DNA of 64,000 nucleotides from the human T2T-CHM13v2.0 reference genome, Homo sapiens (GCF_009914755.1 NC_060938.1), one strand, 5' to 3'; shown: positions 42,266 through 59,637, numbered from the stretch's first letter. Numbers and translations: made by a program. The notes: generated from the letters alone by a model not told the origin.

Positions 42266-42658
42266 CCATAAAAAATGTGCTACATATACACTACGAAATA
42301 TTATACAGCTATAGTATTCCATGGTGTATATAGAGATGATGTCTTTTGCGGGAACATGGAAGGAGCTGGAGGCTATTATCCTTAGCAAACTAACACAGGA
42401 ACAGAAAACCAAATACTGCACGCTCTCACTTATAAGTGAAAGTGAAACCATATGACCTTATGAATGCAAAGAAGGAAACAATAGACGCTGGGGTCTATTT
42501 GAGTGGGAGGAGGGAGAGGAGAAGCAAAGATCACTATTGGATATTGGGCTTAATACCTGGGTGATGAAATAATATGTACCGCAGACTCCCATGACACATG
42601 TTTACCTGTGTAACAATCCTTCATATGTACCTCCAAACCTAAAATAAAAGTTAAAATA
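42266..42658 (+). mobile_element. L1PA15-17-like 3' end
   Basis: gctggaggctattatccttagcaaactaacacaggaacagaaaacc...aacctaaaataaaagttaaaa. Confidence 0.9.
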
Positions 42659-43445
42659 AGTTCACTAATTAGATGAGAAAATTTTCATCCTAATGTTGAA
42701 AGTTCATTATCACTAAATCAATGCCAGAATTAAGAATTGGGTTACTGATGTTAGACAACTAGCACATATTTAAATAAAATATCAAAAATGGTAACTTTTA
42801 GTTAACATCAATAGGGAGACATGCACATTTTGAAACTGTCTCTCTAACTTTCTTTTCTATATTAAAACATATTTTCTGTTTGGCTTATTCATTTTGATAT
42901 GATGAGATAAGTTTAAACATATATTGTCCTTAGCTCCAAAATAAACTAGAAAAATTGTGTGTAAGTAATTTTACAATTTGGTCCCTATAAATTAAATTTC
43001 CATTTTATTTCTTATTGTTTACATCCTGTATAATGTTATCAGTTTTCTTCTCTCTTAATGTCATGGCTTAGTTGGAATTTCTTGAGGCTGAGTAACTTTT
43101 CTTATATATATATATATAAGATTTTTTATATGTATATAAGATTTCATGTATATATATTTCTATATAGAGAGAGAGATAATGGAAAGAGATTCTATAGTTT
43201 GTTGTTTTACCTGCCAGCAAATAGTGGCATAGACCTGTGCAAGAGATATCATCTTTGGGCCTTGAAAATGAGAGCAAATGATAACTGTGATACCTGCTTT
43301 GTAATATTATTTTGAAGGTCACTTAAAATAATGTATGTAACAAAGCTTTGAAAATAATAAAGTACATATATTAAATATTAAAATTTGCTTTCATTGTATT
43401 GTGATCTCAGTTACCACTTACGCAAAATTATTTGGCTAATGCATG

Positions 43446-44051
43446 TGTATTAGTCCATTTTCAAACTGCTGTAAGGATACTACCTAAGACTGGGTAATTT
43501 ATAAACAAAGGAAGTTTAATTGACAGAGTTTTGCATTGCTGGGGAGGCCTCAGAAAACTTAAAATCCTGGAGTAAGGCAAAGGGGAAGCAGGCACCTTCT
43601 TCACAAGGTGGCAGAAGAGAGCACACAGGGGAAACTGCCACTTTTTAAAAATTATTATTATACCTTAAGTTCTAGGGTACACGTGCACAACGTGCAGTTT
43701 TGTTACATAGGTATACACGTGCCATGTTGGTTTGCTGCACCCATCAACCCATCATCTACATTAGGTATTTCTCCTAATGCTATCCCTCCCTCAGCCCCCT
43801 ACGTCCCGACAGGCCCCAGTGTGTGATGTTCCCCGCCCTGTGTCCATGTGTTCTCATTGTTCACCTCCCACTTATGAGTGAGAACATGCTACTTTTAAAA
43901 CCATCAGATCTTGTCAGAGCCCCCTCACTATCATGAGAAGAGCACAGGGGAAACTGCCCCAATGATCAATCACCTCCCACTAGGGCCCTCCCTCAACACA
44001 ATTATAATTCAAGATGAGATTTGGGTGAGAACAGGGAGCCAAACCATTTCA
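43446..44051 (-). mobile_element. THE1D/MSTA-like solo LTR interrupted by an L1
   Basis: tgtattagtccattttc ... gagccaaaccatttca; perfect TSD GCATG at 43441-43445 and 44052-44056. Confidence 0.93.
43646..43886 (-). mobile_element. L1PA6/7-like 3' end nested in the LTR
   Basis: ttataccttaagttctagggtacacgtg...gtgagaaca; TSD tgccactttt / tgctactttt. Confidence 0.93.
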
Positions 44052-44802
44052 GCATGTAATCACTCTAAAGAAGAAAATCAAATTATGCTCTTGTTAATAA
44101 AGTTCGGTGTTAATAGCACTATGGTAAAATTCAAATGCACATACTTTTAGAGCTATAAATGGAATTACAGCTCCCGTGGTCAAGCATCAAAATCACAAAT
44201 TAGAATATATTGAAAAAAAATTGAAATTATAATCCTTCCACATATATATATTTTTCATTCCTCCAATGCACATATGTATTGGCTTAAGAATGGACTTCTA
44301 GATATGTTCAAGGAGATGAGATAAATATTCACACTTATATTTAGTTTTAAATGTTTATCACATTATAAAGTCACTGGTGATACATACAATGTATCTGTTT
44401 ATCTCATCTTTGGAAGTCTCTCCAAGCAGATGCACACTCTGAGGATGCAGAGAAGTCAGTTTGACTTTGAGCATAGGGTTAACTTAACCCTAAGTATCTT
44501 ACTAAAGGCAGTCTCACAGGACATTAGCATCAGACAGGATCCTTAGGACCAATCTCCTCCAAACTTAAGTCCCACACAAGAATGTCATTTTTTTAAAATT
44601 ATACTTTAAGTTTTACGGTACATATACACAATGTGCAGGTTTGTTACATATGTATACATATGGCATGTTGGTGTGCTGCACCCATTAACTTGTCATTTAA
44701 CATTAGGCATATCTCCTAATGTTATCCCTCCCCTCTCTCGCCAACCCACAACAGGCCCCGGTGTGTGATGTTCCCCTTCCTGTGCCCATGTGTTCTCATT
44801 GT

Positions 44803-48627
<3,825 letters not shown>

Positions 48628-48690
48628 TATGATGTTAGCTGGTTATTTTGCTCATTAGTTGATGCAGTTTCTTCTTAGCCTCGATGGTCT

Positions 48691-49698
48691 TTACAATTTG
48701 GCATGATTTTGCAGTGGCTGGTACCGGATGTTCCTTTCCACGTCTAGTGCTTTCTTCGGGAGCCCTTTTAGGGCAGGCCTGGCGGTGAGAAAATCTCTCA
48801 GCATTTGCTTGTCTGTAAAGTATTTTATTTCTCCTTCACTTATGAAGCTTAGTTTGGCTGGATATGGAATTCTGGGTTGAAAATTCTTTTGTTTAAAAAT
48901 GTTGAATATTGGCCCCCACTCTCTTCTGGCTTGTAGAGTATCTCCCGAGAGATCAGCTGTTAGTCTGATTGGCTTCCCTTTGTGGGTAAGCCGACCTTTC
49001 TCTCTGGCTGCCCTTAACATTTTTTCCTTCATTTCAACTTTAGTGAATCTGACAATTATGTGTCTTGGAGTTGCTCTTCTCGAGGAGTATCTTTGTGGCA
49101 TTCTCTGTATTTACTGAATTTGAATGTTGGTCTGCCTCGCTAGATTGGGGAAGTTCTCCTGGATAATATCCTGCAGAGGTTTTCCAACTTGGTTCCATTC
49201 TCCCCGTCATTTTTAGGTACACCATTCAGACGTAGATTTGGCCTTTTCACATAGTCCCATATTTCTTGGAGGCTTTATTCGTTTCTTTTTTATTCTTTTT
49301 TCTCTAAACTTCTCTTCTCGCTTCATTTCATCTTCCATCACTGATACCCTTTCTTCCAGTTGATCGAATCGGCTACTGAGGCTTGTGCATTGGTCCCGTA
49401 GTTCTCGTGCCATGGTTTTCATCTCCATCACGTCCTTTAAGGACTTCTCTGCATTGGTTATTCTAGTTAGCCATTCGTCTAATTTTTTTTCAAGGTTTTT
49501 AACTTCTTTGCCATGGGTTCGAACTTCCTCCTTTAGCTCAGAGTAGTTTGATCGTCTGAAGCCTTCTTCTTTCAACTCGTCAAAATCATTCTCCGTCCAG
49601 CTTTGTTCCATTGCTGGTGAGGAGCTGCATTCCCTTGGAGGAGGAGAGGTGCTCTGATTTTTAGAGTTTCCAGTTTTTCTGCTCTGTTTTTTCCGCAT
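48691..49698 (-). pseudogene. Disrupted L1 ORF1
   Basis: MRKKQSRKTGNSKNQS... and ...PQRYSSRRATPRHIIVRF...QNHAKL lie in separate ORFs. Confidence 0.95.
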
Positions 49699-50889
49699 CT
49701 TTGTGGTTTTATCTACCTTTGGTCTTTGATGATGGTGACGTACAGATGGGGTTTTGGTGTGGGTGTCCTTTCTGTTTATTAGCTTTCCTTCTAACTGTCA
49801 GGACCCCCAGCTGCAAGTCTGTTGGAGTTTGCTGGAGGTCCACTCCAGATCCTGTTTGCCTGGGTATCAGCAGCAGAGGCTGCAGAACAGAGGATATTGG
49901 TGAACAGCAAATGTTGCTGCCTGATCGTTCCTCTGGAAGTTTTGTCTCAGAGGAGTACCCGGCCGTGTGAGGTGTCAGTCTGCCCCTACTAGGGGGTGCC
50001 TCCCAGTTAGGCTACTCGGGGGTCAGGGACCCACTTGAGGAGGCAGTCTGTCTGTTCTCAGGTCTCCAGCTGCGTGCTGGGAGAACCGCTACTCTCTTCA
50101 AAGCTGTCAGACAGGGACATTTAAGTCTGCAGAGATTTCTGCTGCCTTTTGTTTGGCTATGCCCTGCCCCCAGAGGTGAAGTCTACAGAGGCAGGCAGGC
50201 CTCCTTGAACTGTGGTGGGCTTCACCCAGTTCAATCTTCCTGGCCGCTTTGTTTACCTACTCAAGCCTCAGCAATGGTGGGCGCCCCTCCCCCAGCCTCG
50301 CTGCCGCCTTGCAGTTTGATCTCAGACTGCTGTGCTAGCAATGAGTGAGGCTCCGTGGGCGTAGGACCCTCCGAGCCAGGTGTGGGATATAATCTTCTGG
50401 TGTGCCATTTGCTAATACCATTGGAAAAGCACAGTATTAGGGTGGGAGTGACCCAATTTTCCAGGTGCCATCTGTCACCCCTTTCTTTGACTAGGAAAGG
50501 GAATTCCCTGACCCCTTGCGCTTGCCAGGTGAGGCGATGCCTTGCCCTGCTTTGGCTCACGCTCGGTGCGCTGCACCCACTGTACTGCACCCACTGTCTG
50601 ACACTCCCCAGTGAGATGAACCCGGTACCTCAGTTGGAAATGCAGAAATCACCAGTCTTCTGCGTGGCTCACATTGGGAGCTGTAGACTGGACCTGTTCC
50701 TATTCGGCCATCTTGGCTCCAGAAGAATGTCATTTTTGGTACCCATATAGAGTGAGCTATCAGAAATCAATTCACTCACTTTTTCCATGGTGGCTCATAC
50801 TAATATGGGACTATCCTAATAGTATATTCTTAATGTAAAAGTAGAGCCCCCATGCAACTCTTATCCTTCTTTCCAAATTATGCTTTCAA

Positions 50890-51450
50890 ATGGCCTTTGA
50901 AGGTGTCTTCTCTTTATCATATCTCTTTCTCAAGCTAAAATTTCCAAGGTTTTTCCAACCACTTTTTAGTTGCAGTGCTTGCCAGATTTCCTTGAGTTTT
51001 TGTCTCTTGGCATGTTTCACCAAGTTCATAATGAGACACATTGTTTTCCAGATGTGGCTTGATAAGGATGACATATTTCAATATGACTATTAAACTTGTT
51101 CTTCTGGATGTATCTTTTCTATTAATGAATGCTGAGATTGCAGTCCTGAAACTATTGACCATTAAGGATCATAGAGACAATTAATCCCTTATGTGTATTT
51201 CATATAAACTACTTTCAAAGAAGTAACCCTTGCCTGTACTTTAATAGTTAAGTTTCTAAATCTAAGCCTCTTTACTTTGGCTTTACTGTATTTCATTTTG
51301 ACAGTCTTGGCCCATTCATAAGCCTATGGAGACATTTTAAAATCCCAGCTTTGTGTCAGTCACAGATTCACAGATTTAACAAGTTTAATTTCTTATGTCC
51401 TTTCTTAAGTCAATGTTAAAATGCTGAACAAGAAAAGACCAAGGACAGCA
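50890..51450 (-). mobile_element. L3/CR1 relic
   Basis: ccagatgtggcttgataagg, cttttctattaatgaatgctgagattgca and aagtcaatgttaaaatgctgaacaaga resemble the L3 consensus. Confidence 0.55.
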
Positions 51451-52257
51451 GGGTTACGGTCTAATAAAATAATGTGTCTGAAAATGCTTTGCAAACATTA
51501 TTTTGTATTCATCTTTAGTTCTTCATTCTTCCTTTGTCTTTTATACATGACTGTTTATAATCTGACCTTATGGAAAATTTGTCCCATACAGCCTTCATAG
51601 TTTAACTTTGTTTCCAATGACCTCTCTATCGAAATAATTTCTAATTGCATCATTTAATTTTCCTTTTTAAAATATTCTCTTCTTTTTGAGTCATCTTTTC
51701 TTTTGGAAACTTTCTCCTCAAGAGATGACTTCTTTGAATGTTTTTTACTATGTGATTTTTCCTCATTTGCAGTTAAAAATGTAATTTGTTGTATGTAGGT
51801 GAAGGTGCTAGATGCTGCAGGGCATACAATTATTCATATTATATTCCTGGACCTCAAAGAGCTTACAGGCCAATAAGAGATCTAAGACACGTGGTACATC
51901 ACATGATGTACCATTAGGATGGTACATTTTAAAGTGTAATACCTCTCACATCAAAACTCTTAGTTCTTTCCTGTCATTGTAATGTGTTTTTAAGTCCTCC
52001 TTCCCAAAAAGGTGCTTCTCGTGCTTGTAGATATTTCTCACACCCATATTGCTTTTCAGAATATTTGCAGTTCTTCGAAACTCCCATACTCCATGTGGTC
52101 CTTAGTTTTTCTGAGTTTATTTCAAAATCTCTCTTAACTATCTATGAATCTAATTTTCAATTGCTTAATAGTTTCCCAGGACTTACAGTCTCATGTTCAA
52201 CCCACTGACTTTAATATATATGTTCCAGTATTTTTACAGTGACCATTATAAAGTATA

Positions 52258-52265
52258 TTCTCTCT

Positions 52266-52314
<49 letters not shown>
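52258..52314. repeat. (TC)n(AC)22 microsatellite
   Basis: Direct inspection. Confidence 0.97.
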
Positions 52315-52317
<3 letters not shown>

Positions 52318-52734
52318 AGCACCAGAAAACAGCATTTTATTTTATTTTATTGGCTAATAAAGGGAAACGCAATTAGACAAGCACAGGTAAAGACTCTGAT
52401 TAACACCAGTCCAGGAGTGCACTTAGTAGTTGGTCATTTTACCATATTACATACCTGGTACAAAATGTAATCTCTGTGCTTTGCTATAATGCCATTGATG
52501 TGGTCTGGTACCCAAAGCAAATAGCAATTCAGAGCTTTTCATTGACTGATAGTTTTATATTTTTTCTAGTTTTCTGTGAGACACACTGTATTTCAAATGT
52601 GGTTTAATAAGGACAAATAATTCACTGTGACAATTAAGCATGTTTTTCTAGATATTCATTTTCTAGTAAAGTGCTAAGATTGCAGTCCTGAAACTGTTCA
52701 CACGTAAGTCCGCCCTAAGGCAGATGATGCGCTA

Positions 52735-53045
52735 TTATGTAAATTTTCATGCAGTCGTGGAAATAACACAGAGGGATTCCCACATATCTTATACCTGGTT
52801 TTTTCCAGTGGTTACATCTTGCATAACTGTAGTACAATATCGCAACCAAGAAACTGTCATTCGTACGACCCACTGACCTTATCAGATTTTTACCAATTTT
52901 ATATGTATTTGTATTTGCTTCTATTTAGTTTTCTAAATTTTATCACATATGTAGGTATACATGAACACAGTAAAAATACGGAAAAGTTCAGTTAACATGA
53001 TACATTCTGCTACACGTATAGCCACAAATAATTCTCTCCCTCATC
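52735..53045 (-). mobile_element. L1MC-class 3' end
   Basis: ggttacatcttgcataactgtagtacaatatcgcaaccaagaaactg...ccttatcagattttacc. Confidence 0.75.
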
Positions 53046-53065
53046 CATAAATAAATAAATAAACA

Positions 53066-53199
53066 TTTATTTCTTAATATTCAGACATAGGGTCTTACTA
53101 TGTTGCGTAGGCTGGGCTTGTTCTACTGGGCTCAAGCAGTCTTGCCACCTCAGTCTTCCAAAGCAGCTGTGATTACAGGCATGTGTCACTGTGCCTTGC
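53066..53199 (-). mobile_element. Alu monomer (FLAM-like)
   Basis: gggtcttactatgttgcgtaggctgg...gggctcaagcagtc...gattacaggcatg. Confidence 0.88.
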
Positions 53200-53474
53200 T
53201 TCTATTATATCTAATTTTAAAAGAATAATGTACTCATGTATTACTTGTATTATGAATATTAATAAACAAACAGAACTTGCACTTTCTCATTTGCACATTA
53301 AAAAATTGATCTGGCTTCTACACATTTACACATGAATCAGAACGCTAAAGAGAGGACATAATGTAATATAAATGTTTTGAAATTCTACTGAATTGGGTTT
53401 TTAAAAATTTGTATGTTTATAAAATGTGCAGTATTATGGTTTCTTTATGAAATGATTTCTGATTTAACATGCAA

Positions 53475-53600
53475 AGGAGGAATAAATGAAGGATGAGAGA
53501 GGGAGGGAGGAAGGAAAGAAGGGAATCAGGGAGGGATAGAGAGAAGAAAGAGGAAACAGGGAGGGACGGGACACAGAAGAGGGGAGAAAAGGAGGGAAGG
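53475..53600. repeat. GA-rich low complexity
   Basis: Polypurine ggaa/ggga runs. Confidence 0.85.
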
Positions 53601-54054
53601 TGAAAACTGGTAGATATAAAGGATCTACATAAGGGGATTATATTATAGAACAACATGGTTAGGGATTAGATGGAGATAAAACCTCCATGAATACACTAAC
53701 ACGGAGATTTGCTATTACCCAATAATCAGCTAACATGATGTTCACAGTAAGCCCCAATGTCCATTTGGACTAATAAAGATTTGCCACCTCCTCCTGACAT
53801 GAACCTAAATTGGGCCCCTGATGGAAGTAGTGGAAAGAGGTCAAAAATCAGGTCAAACAAACTTGAAATAGATAAGATATTGATTTATATAAAACATTTT
53901 TTTTCAGGTTATGGTACTTGGGTGCATGTGCATACGCAGTTGTGTGCATGTATGTAATATATCCAATAACATTCACAGTGACACCCTGATGTAGGTATTA
54001 TAACCATTTAAATACTAATGGACAAAAGGTTTAAGTATAAGTTGTTGAGTTACT

Positions 54055-54181
54055 GAAGGGAAAAAGAGAGAGGGAGGGAGGCAGGAGAAAGAGAGGAAGG
54101 AAGGAAAGGAGAGAGGGAGGGAAGGAAGAAATGGGGGATACAGGAAAAAAGAAAGAAGGGAGAAGGGAAGAAAGAAGAAAA
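54055..54181. repeat. GA-rich low complexity
   Basis: Almost pure purine tract. Confidence 0.9.
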
Positions 54182-56303
54182 TACGGTATGTAGATAAAAA
54201 GTGATAATTATTCTATTGATAGGCACAAACTGATATTCTGTTTTAATTGAAAAAAGATCATTACCAAAGAGATAAACTGACATACATATTAGTGTGACCA
54301 TACTATCTGTCTGCTGACTTTTGCCAAACCACTAAGAGCGACAATAATGTTGTATTTTGTTTTTCCCTATGGTCCAAAGAACAGAGTAGGCCTGACATTT
54401 ACATTGTCAGAGCACAACATGAGCTAGCAAATGAAGTCAAAGGACCACTCTCTCATTTCACCAAGGGATGAAGAGGTGCCAAAGTTGTCTTCAGGGAAAA
54501 AAAAGTTTATAACACTTTGAATTTCTGATAAATATCAAGAAAAATTTTAGCAGAGTAAATTTAAATTGTGAAGTCATTATTTGAAGTATTTTTGTTATTA
54601 TTTTGGATTATTTTGATTCTATCATTTGACAAAATATTGTTGTGCAAGTAAAAGTACTTTGATAGCTCTGGGGTCTTCATCTGGGCCTGGTTTTACATTT
54701 CTTTTGTTTATTTTTTGTAGAGGAATTTTACAACCACTATCTACTAATCAGAAATTTTGTAATTAAATTTAAATTATAATAATACATTTTGGTTTTCACT
54801 GAATCAGTTATTAATTTAGCATCTCTTTTTTGTATGTGGTGAGAATATCTTATTTTAAACTATTACTATGAAACATAGTGAATGAGTCATTTCTTTAAAA
54901 ACAATGAAAAGCAAGCACAACCTCTACCCACCCTCTGTCTTCACACCCTGAAAAAAAAAAAAAAAAACCTTCACCTAAGTTCTAGCTTACTGAAATACAG
55001 TATCCCTTAATGTTATTTTCTGTTAGTTGTTAACAAGATATTACAAATGCAGTAATAAAATTTTTAGGTCAGCAAGATTTATGCTTTATTTAACTGCTGA
55101 ACTCTTGCTATTAGAGGAAAGGAATGATTAGTTGTTCTCGTTTACAATGTGACATTTACATTAAGCAATAAATGCTCTAGCAGTGTATTAATTTATTTGT
55201 CATATGATCTTGGATGTGTGTAATAATTTGTAAAAGTTTTCCTATAGCCAAGGATATGGTGCTACATTTTTTCCAATAACAAATGCATTTTCATATTCAA
55301 TCATTGCCTCTAATTTACTTTTAAAGTAGGTTTAGCAGTATTAATGGTGAGGCAAGCATGTTTTAATAATAGTGTTTATATGAATTTCTGAATAATTATG
55401 CTTTAACAAACTCATTAATATGGAGTAATTTTCAATTTTTTGCTTGTGTCCCAAATTATTTTTCAAGTCATTTGTTTTAATAAAATAGAATTTCCTATCT
55501 TATAACCTCAGTTTTGGAGTAATCCCCCAAAAGATAATGGCTATTTTATCTCAATATATTATTACATAAGTATAAATAAGTAATTGAATGAACTGTAGTA
55601 AAACCATATGATTCAATTATTTATATATTTCAAAACAGCTGGTTTTTGCATCATGTAGGCCAAAACATCTGGCTGTTTATTTTCTAATCATTTTTAACAC
55701 AAAGTAAATATAGCTAAAAATAAAGGTAGAACAACTCATTCTTTATTTTGTACTATTAGGAATTCTAGGGAGAAATGATTGGTAATGATACCATTTGATG
55801 GATTCATAATTTTTCAAATGTTATGAATATTTAAAATGAAGGGAATATGTGAGATAATATTCTGGTGTCTTCAAGTATTTCAAGGGCTTTCAATGGGTCA
55901 AAACTTAGGGCAGGTTTAGGAAGAATTTTCTAAGGGTAACAAAACTGTTGCAATGCCTATAATGTATAAGGTTTTATGATGAGTACTTTCACATACATTG
56001 TATCTTGAAATAATTACAACTTTTTGTAACTGTTTTCATTTTGAAAGAGAAAAATGGTCACAGTTGTGATTTCAGCCTTGGTCTAGAAGACTTTAAAGTC
56101 CTACCTTTGTTGATTTTAAGGCTCTTACCAATGTATATGTTCAGGCAATTGATGAACACTTAGTAAAGATATCCTAGAGGATAAGAAAGTATCATTTGGT
56201 GCTGGAGGAGGTAATGATTCTCACTTTTAAATACATATTTTCTAATAACTTCTAGAGCTTTGCCCATTTTTTCTAAGTTCTTTCTGAGTTTAGTATTGGC
56301 ACC

Positions 56304-56672
56304 TTATGTGGTTTGGCTTTGTCCTCACCCAAATCTCATCTTGAATTGTAGCTTCAGTAATGCCCATGTGTCGTGTCGTGGGAGGGACATGGTGGGAAGG
56401 AATTGAATCATGGGTGCAGGTCTTTCCAAAGCTGTTCTGGTGATAGTGAATAAGTCTCATAAGATGTAATGATTTTATAAAGGGGAGTTCCCCTGCATAT
56501 GCTCTCTTGCCTGCCGCCATGTAAGATGTCCCTTTGCTCTTACTTCATCCTCTGACATGATTGTGAGGCCTCCCCAGCCATGTGGAACTGTGAGTCCATT
56601 AAATGTTTTTCCTTTATAAATTACCCAGCCTCAGTTATGTCTTTATTAGCAGCATGAGAACAGACTAATATG
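56304..56672 (+). mobile_element. THE1B-like solo LTR
   Basis: ggtttggctttgtcctcacccaaatctcatcttgaattgtagc...gcagcatgagaacagactaata; TSD gcacc / gcatc. Confidence 0.93.
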
Positions 56673-57029
56673 GCATCCACAATAATTGTTAGAGGGAGAA
56701 CTATATTTCTTGGAAATATATGTACATAAACAATAACAGTTGCTGAATTTTCTAAGACTATGCTAAGAATGTAACAACTTGGAACTAAGAAATTGACCAT
56801 AATTTTTTATAGGATGTTCCATTTCAACATAATATCAACAAAAAAAAATCTTTGTATGGTAACACTAGAAAATGTAGTATTAGAATCTCAAATCTGAATT
56901 TTCCCTCTTTGGTCATTGCATTGACCAAAATATATGGACTAAAAAAATAACACCTTACTTTAATATAGAATCCTTATGGATTTTTTTGAAAATTTCACTT
57001 ACATTATGAGATATAAGACATTTCATAGA

Positions 57030-57235
57030 GTGAGATAGCCCTAGGTGAGAGTCCTCATTTTGCTATTTACCTATATGAGCTTGCCCAAGGTTAGTTGACC
57101 TTTCTCTGTCCTTGCATTTTTGTAGCACTAAAATAGAAATATGTATTTACCTCATTTGATTCTTAAGAGAATTTTTTTAAGTTAACACATGTTTTATGGT
57201 AGCTGGCACATAGTAAATCTTAATAAAAGGTATGA
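57030..57235 (+). mobile_element. MIR
   Basis: ttgacctttctctgtccttgcattt...tacctcat...ctggcacatagtaaatcttaataaa. Confidence 0.7.
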
Positions 57236-57599
57236 TTACAAAAAAGGAAATGCTGTTCTCATTAGTAATGTGACCATATAGACAATAAATTTTCTCTGGG
57301 AAATTATAATTTAGGTAGGAATTTCAGTTGTTACTGTGCTTTTCATGCTAAAATAAAGACATAGACCTACTGTTGGTCAACAGTATGTTTTAGGGGGAGT
57401 TAGGATGATATTTTGAGGCCTTTATATTTTGCTACCATAATGAAATAATAGAAAATGTAATTACAGAATTCAGATTTATTTTTTATACTGCATCTTTACT
57501 ACAAAGAAAGAAACATGATCAGAGCTGCACGGACAATGAGGTGTTTTAACCTAAACAGTTTATTTAGGAATATATTGTGCCTGTATTTACTAACATGTG

Positions 57600-57671
57600 T
57601 GCAGAATACATATATATGATTATATATGCAGAATACATATATATGATTATATATGCAGAATACATATATAT
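57600..57671. repeat. 27-bp minisatellite, 2.7 perfect copies
   Basis: tgcagaatacatatatatgattatata at 57600, 57627 and partially at 57654. Confidence 0.95.
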
Positions 57672-57845
57672 TCATATAAATATTATTTTTATAACAACAA
57701 AATCCCAGAAAGGTGTACTTTTTCAGTTAAGATACTTTACCAGCTAAGATTACGCTTATGGTAGATGTGCACTGTTAGAATGGATGGATTCATGCTAGAA
57801 GACAGAAATGGAATGTTTTTCAAGACGTTAAAGAAACAGGGCACA

Positions 57846-58289
<444 letters not shown>

Positions 58290-59637
58290 TTACTTTGGAG
58301 GAAGATGTACTATTGGATTTCTCATGTTTTTGTCATGCATATATGAATGTGAAAGTTAGCTTAAAATATATTCATGGAAGGAAATAAATGAAAAGGCAAA
58401 CAATTGCTGTATCAACATGGTTGTCAAATGATTGATTTATATTCATATTTGTGTATGTGGTATGTCCCAGTTATTCTAAAATGCTATAGTAAACATAAAT
58501 TTCAAAAAGATACAGCATTGATTGACAGATTCAGATAAATAATTGAAATATATAAGCTATAATTTACTTTTATTTAATTGCACAAGTAATCTGTGCCTTG
58601 ATTTTTAGTATTTCTGACCATATCAGTATTAAATTAAGCAATAGCTTAATTTTCCTTTTTAAATAAATTCCTAATTATTGAGTATCTTAAGACAATATAA
58701 TCACTTCTTTAAATTTTGACTCTATAAGATCATTCATATATCTTTACAAGTGGAGGCAGCAGAAATAATAAGCTAAACTCAAGTTGCTGTTTCATCTTAG
58801 GTCTGTTTTTTATTATTATGCTTTGGAATTTCATTATTTCTCACTTTCGCTTCTTCAGACAAAATAAGTTATAGTTAAAGTAAAATTACAATGCTTTTAT
58901 TAATTTCAAGAACGTTTTAAAAATTCAGCCTATTTCTGCATTACAAATATCAGTGATTGAATATCAATTTGTACTATTACATAGTAATCTTATAGGAAAG
59001 AAAGTTAAGTATTGTGTTTTATAGAGCCAAGTTAGCTATTCTTTAGAGTGACATGAAAACCTCAAAAAGAGGTTGAAATCAGTAATCTTCTGACATAAAG
59101 TTAAAAAATAAATGGCATGCCTATGTATTTCTTTCATAGACATATAGGTTGCAATAGTCAGATTTTCTCTGTTGAAAAATATACGGGAAAAACAACATAA
59201 GACTATTAGTTTAATCAGGATAAGGGTTTTTCAGGTTCATTCACTGCCATATGCTAACTGTCATATGACTCGTAAGTAGTAGGTGATGCTTAAATATATG
59301 TTAACTTATGCACTGTTTTAACATTAGACTGCAAGTTGAATTAATTTAAATATGATGAAATCGAACTATACAGCTTAAGATTATTTAAATTATCCTCAGT
59401 TTTGATAAGAAAACTTATTTCAAAAAGGAAAGGAGAATGCTAATATATTTATTGAAATCACAGTATGTTGCACATTCCATTGGAAAGCTTTATTATGCAA
59501 ATATATTTAAATCATATTGCATGATACTCCTGCTGTAGTTTGAGATTGATCACCCAGTTAACAGCCACTATATTTTTCAAGGATACTTTATAAGCATTTT
59601 TTGATACACTCTTTTTTTGTGCTTGCCTCCTTTGAAG

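Noticed and set aside
44474-44492. Perfect inverted repeat tagggttaa-c-ttaacccta with telomere-like halves
   Set aside because: 9-bp arms are near chance expectation in 64 kb of AT-rich DNA; no TTAGGG array
53475-54220. Two purine tracts each followed by gtagata(t)aaa, as a possible old duplication or triplex site
   Set aside because: The similarity is low-complexity and too short to distinguish from chance
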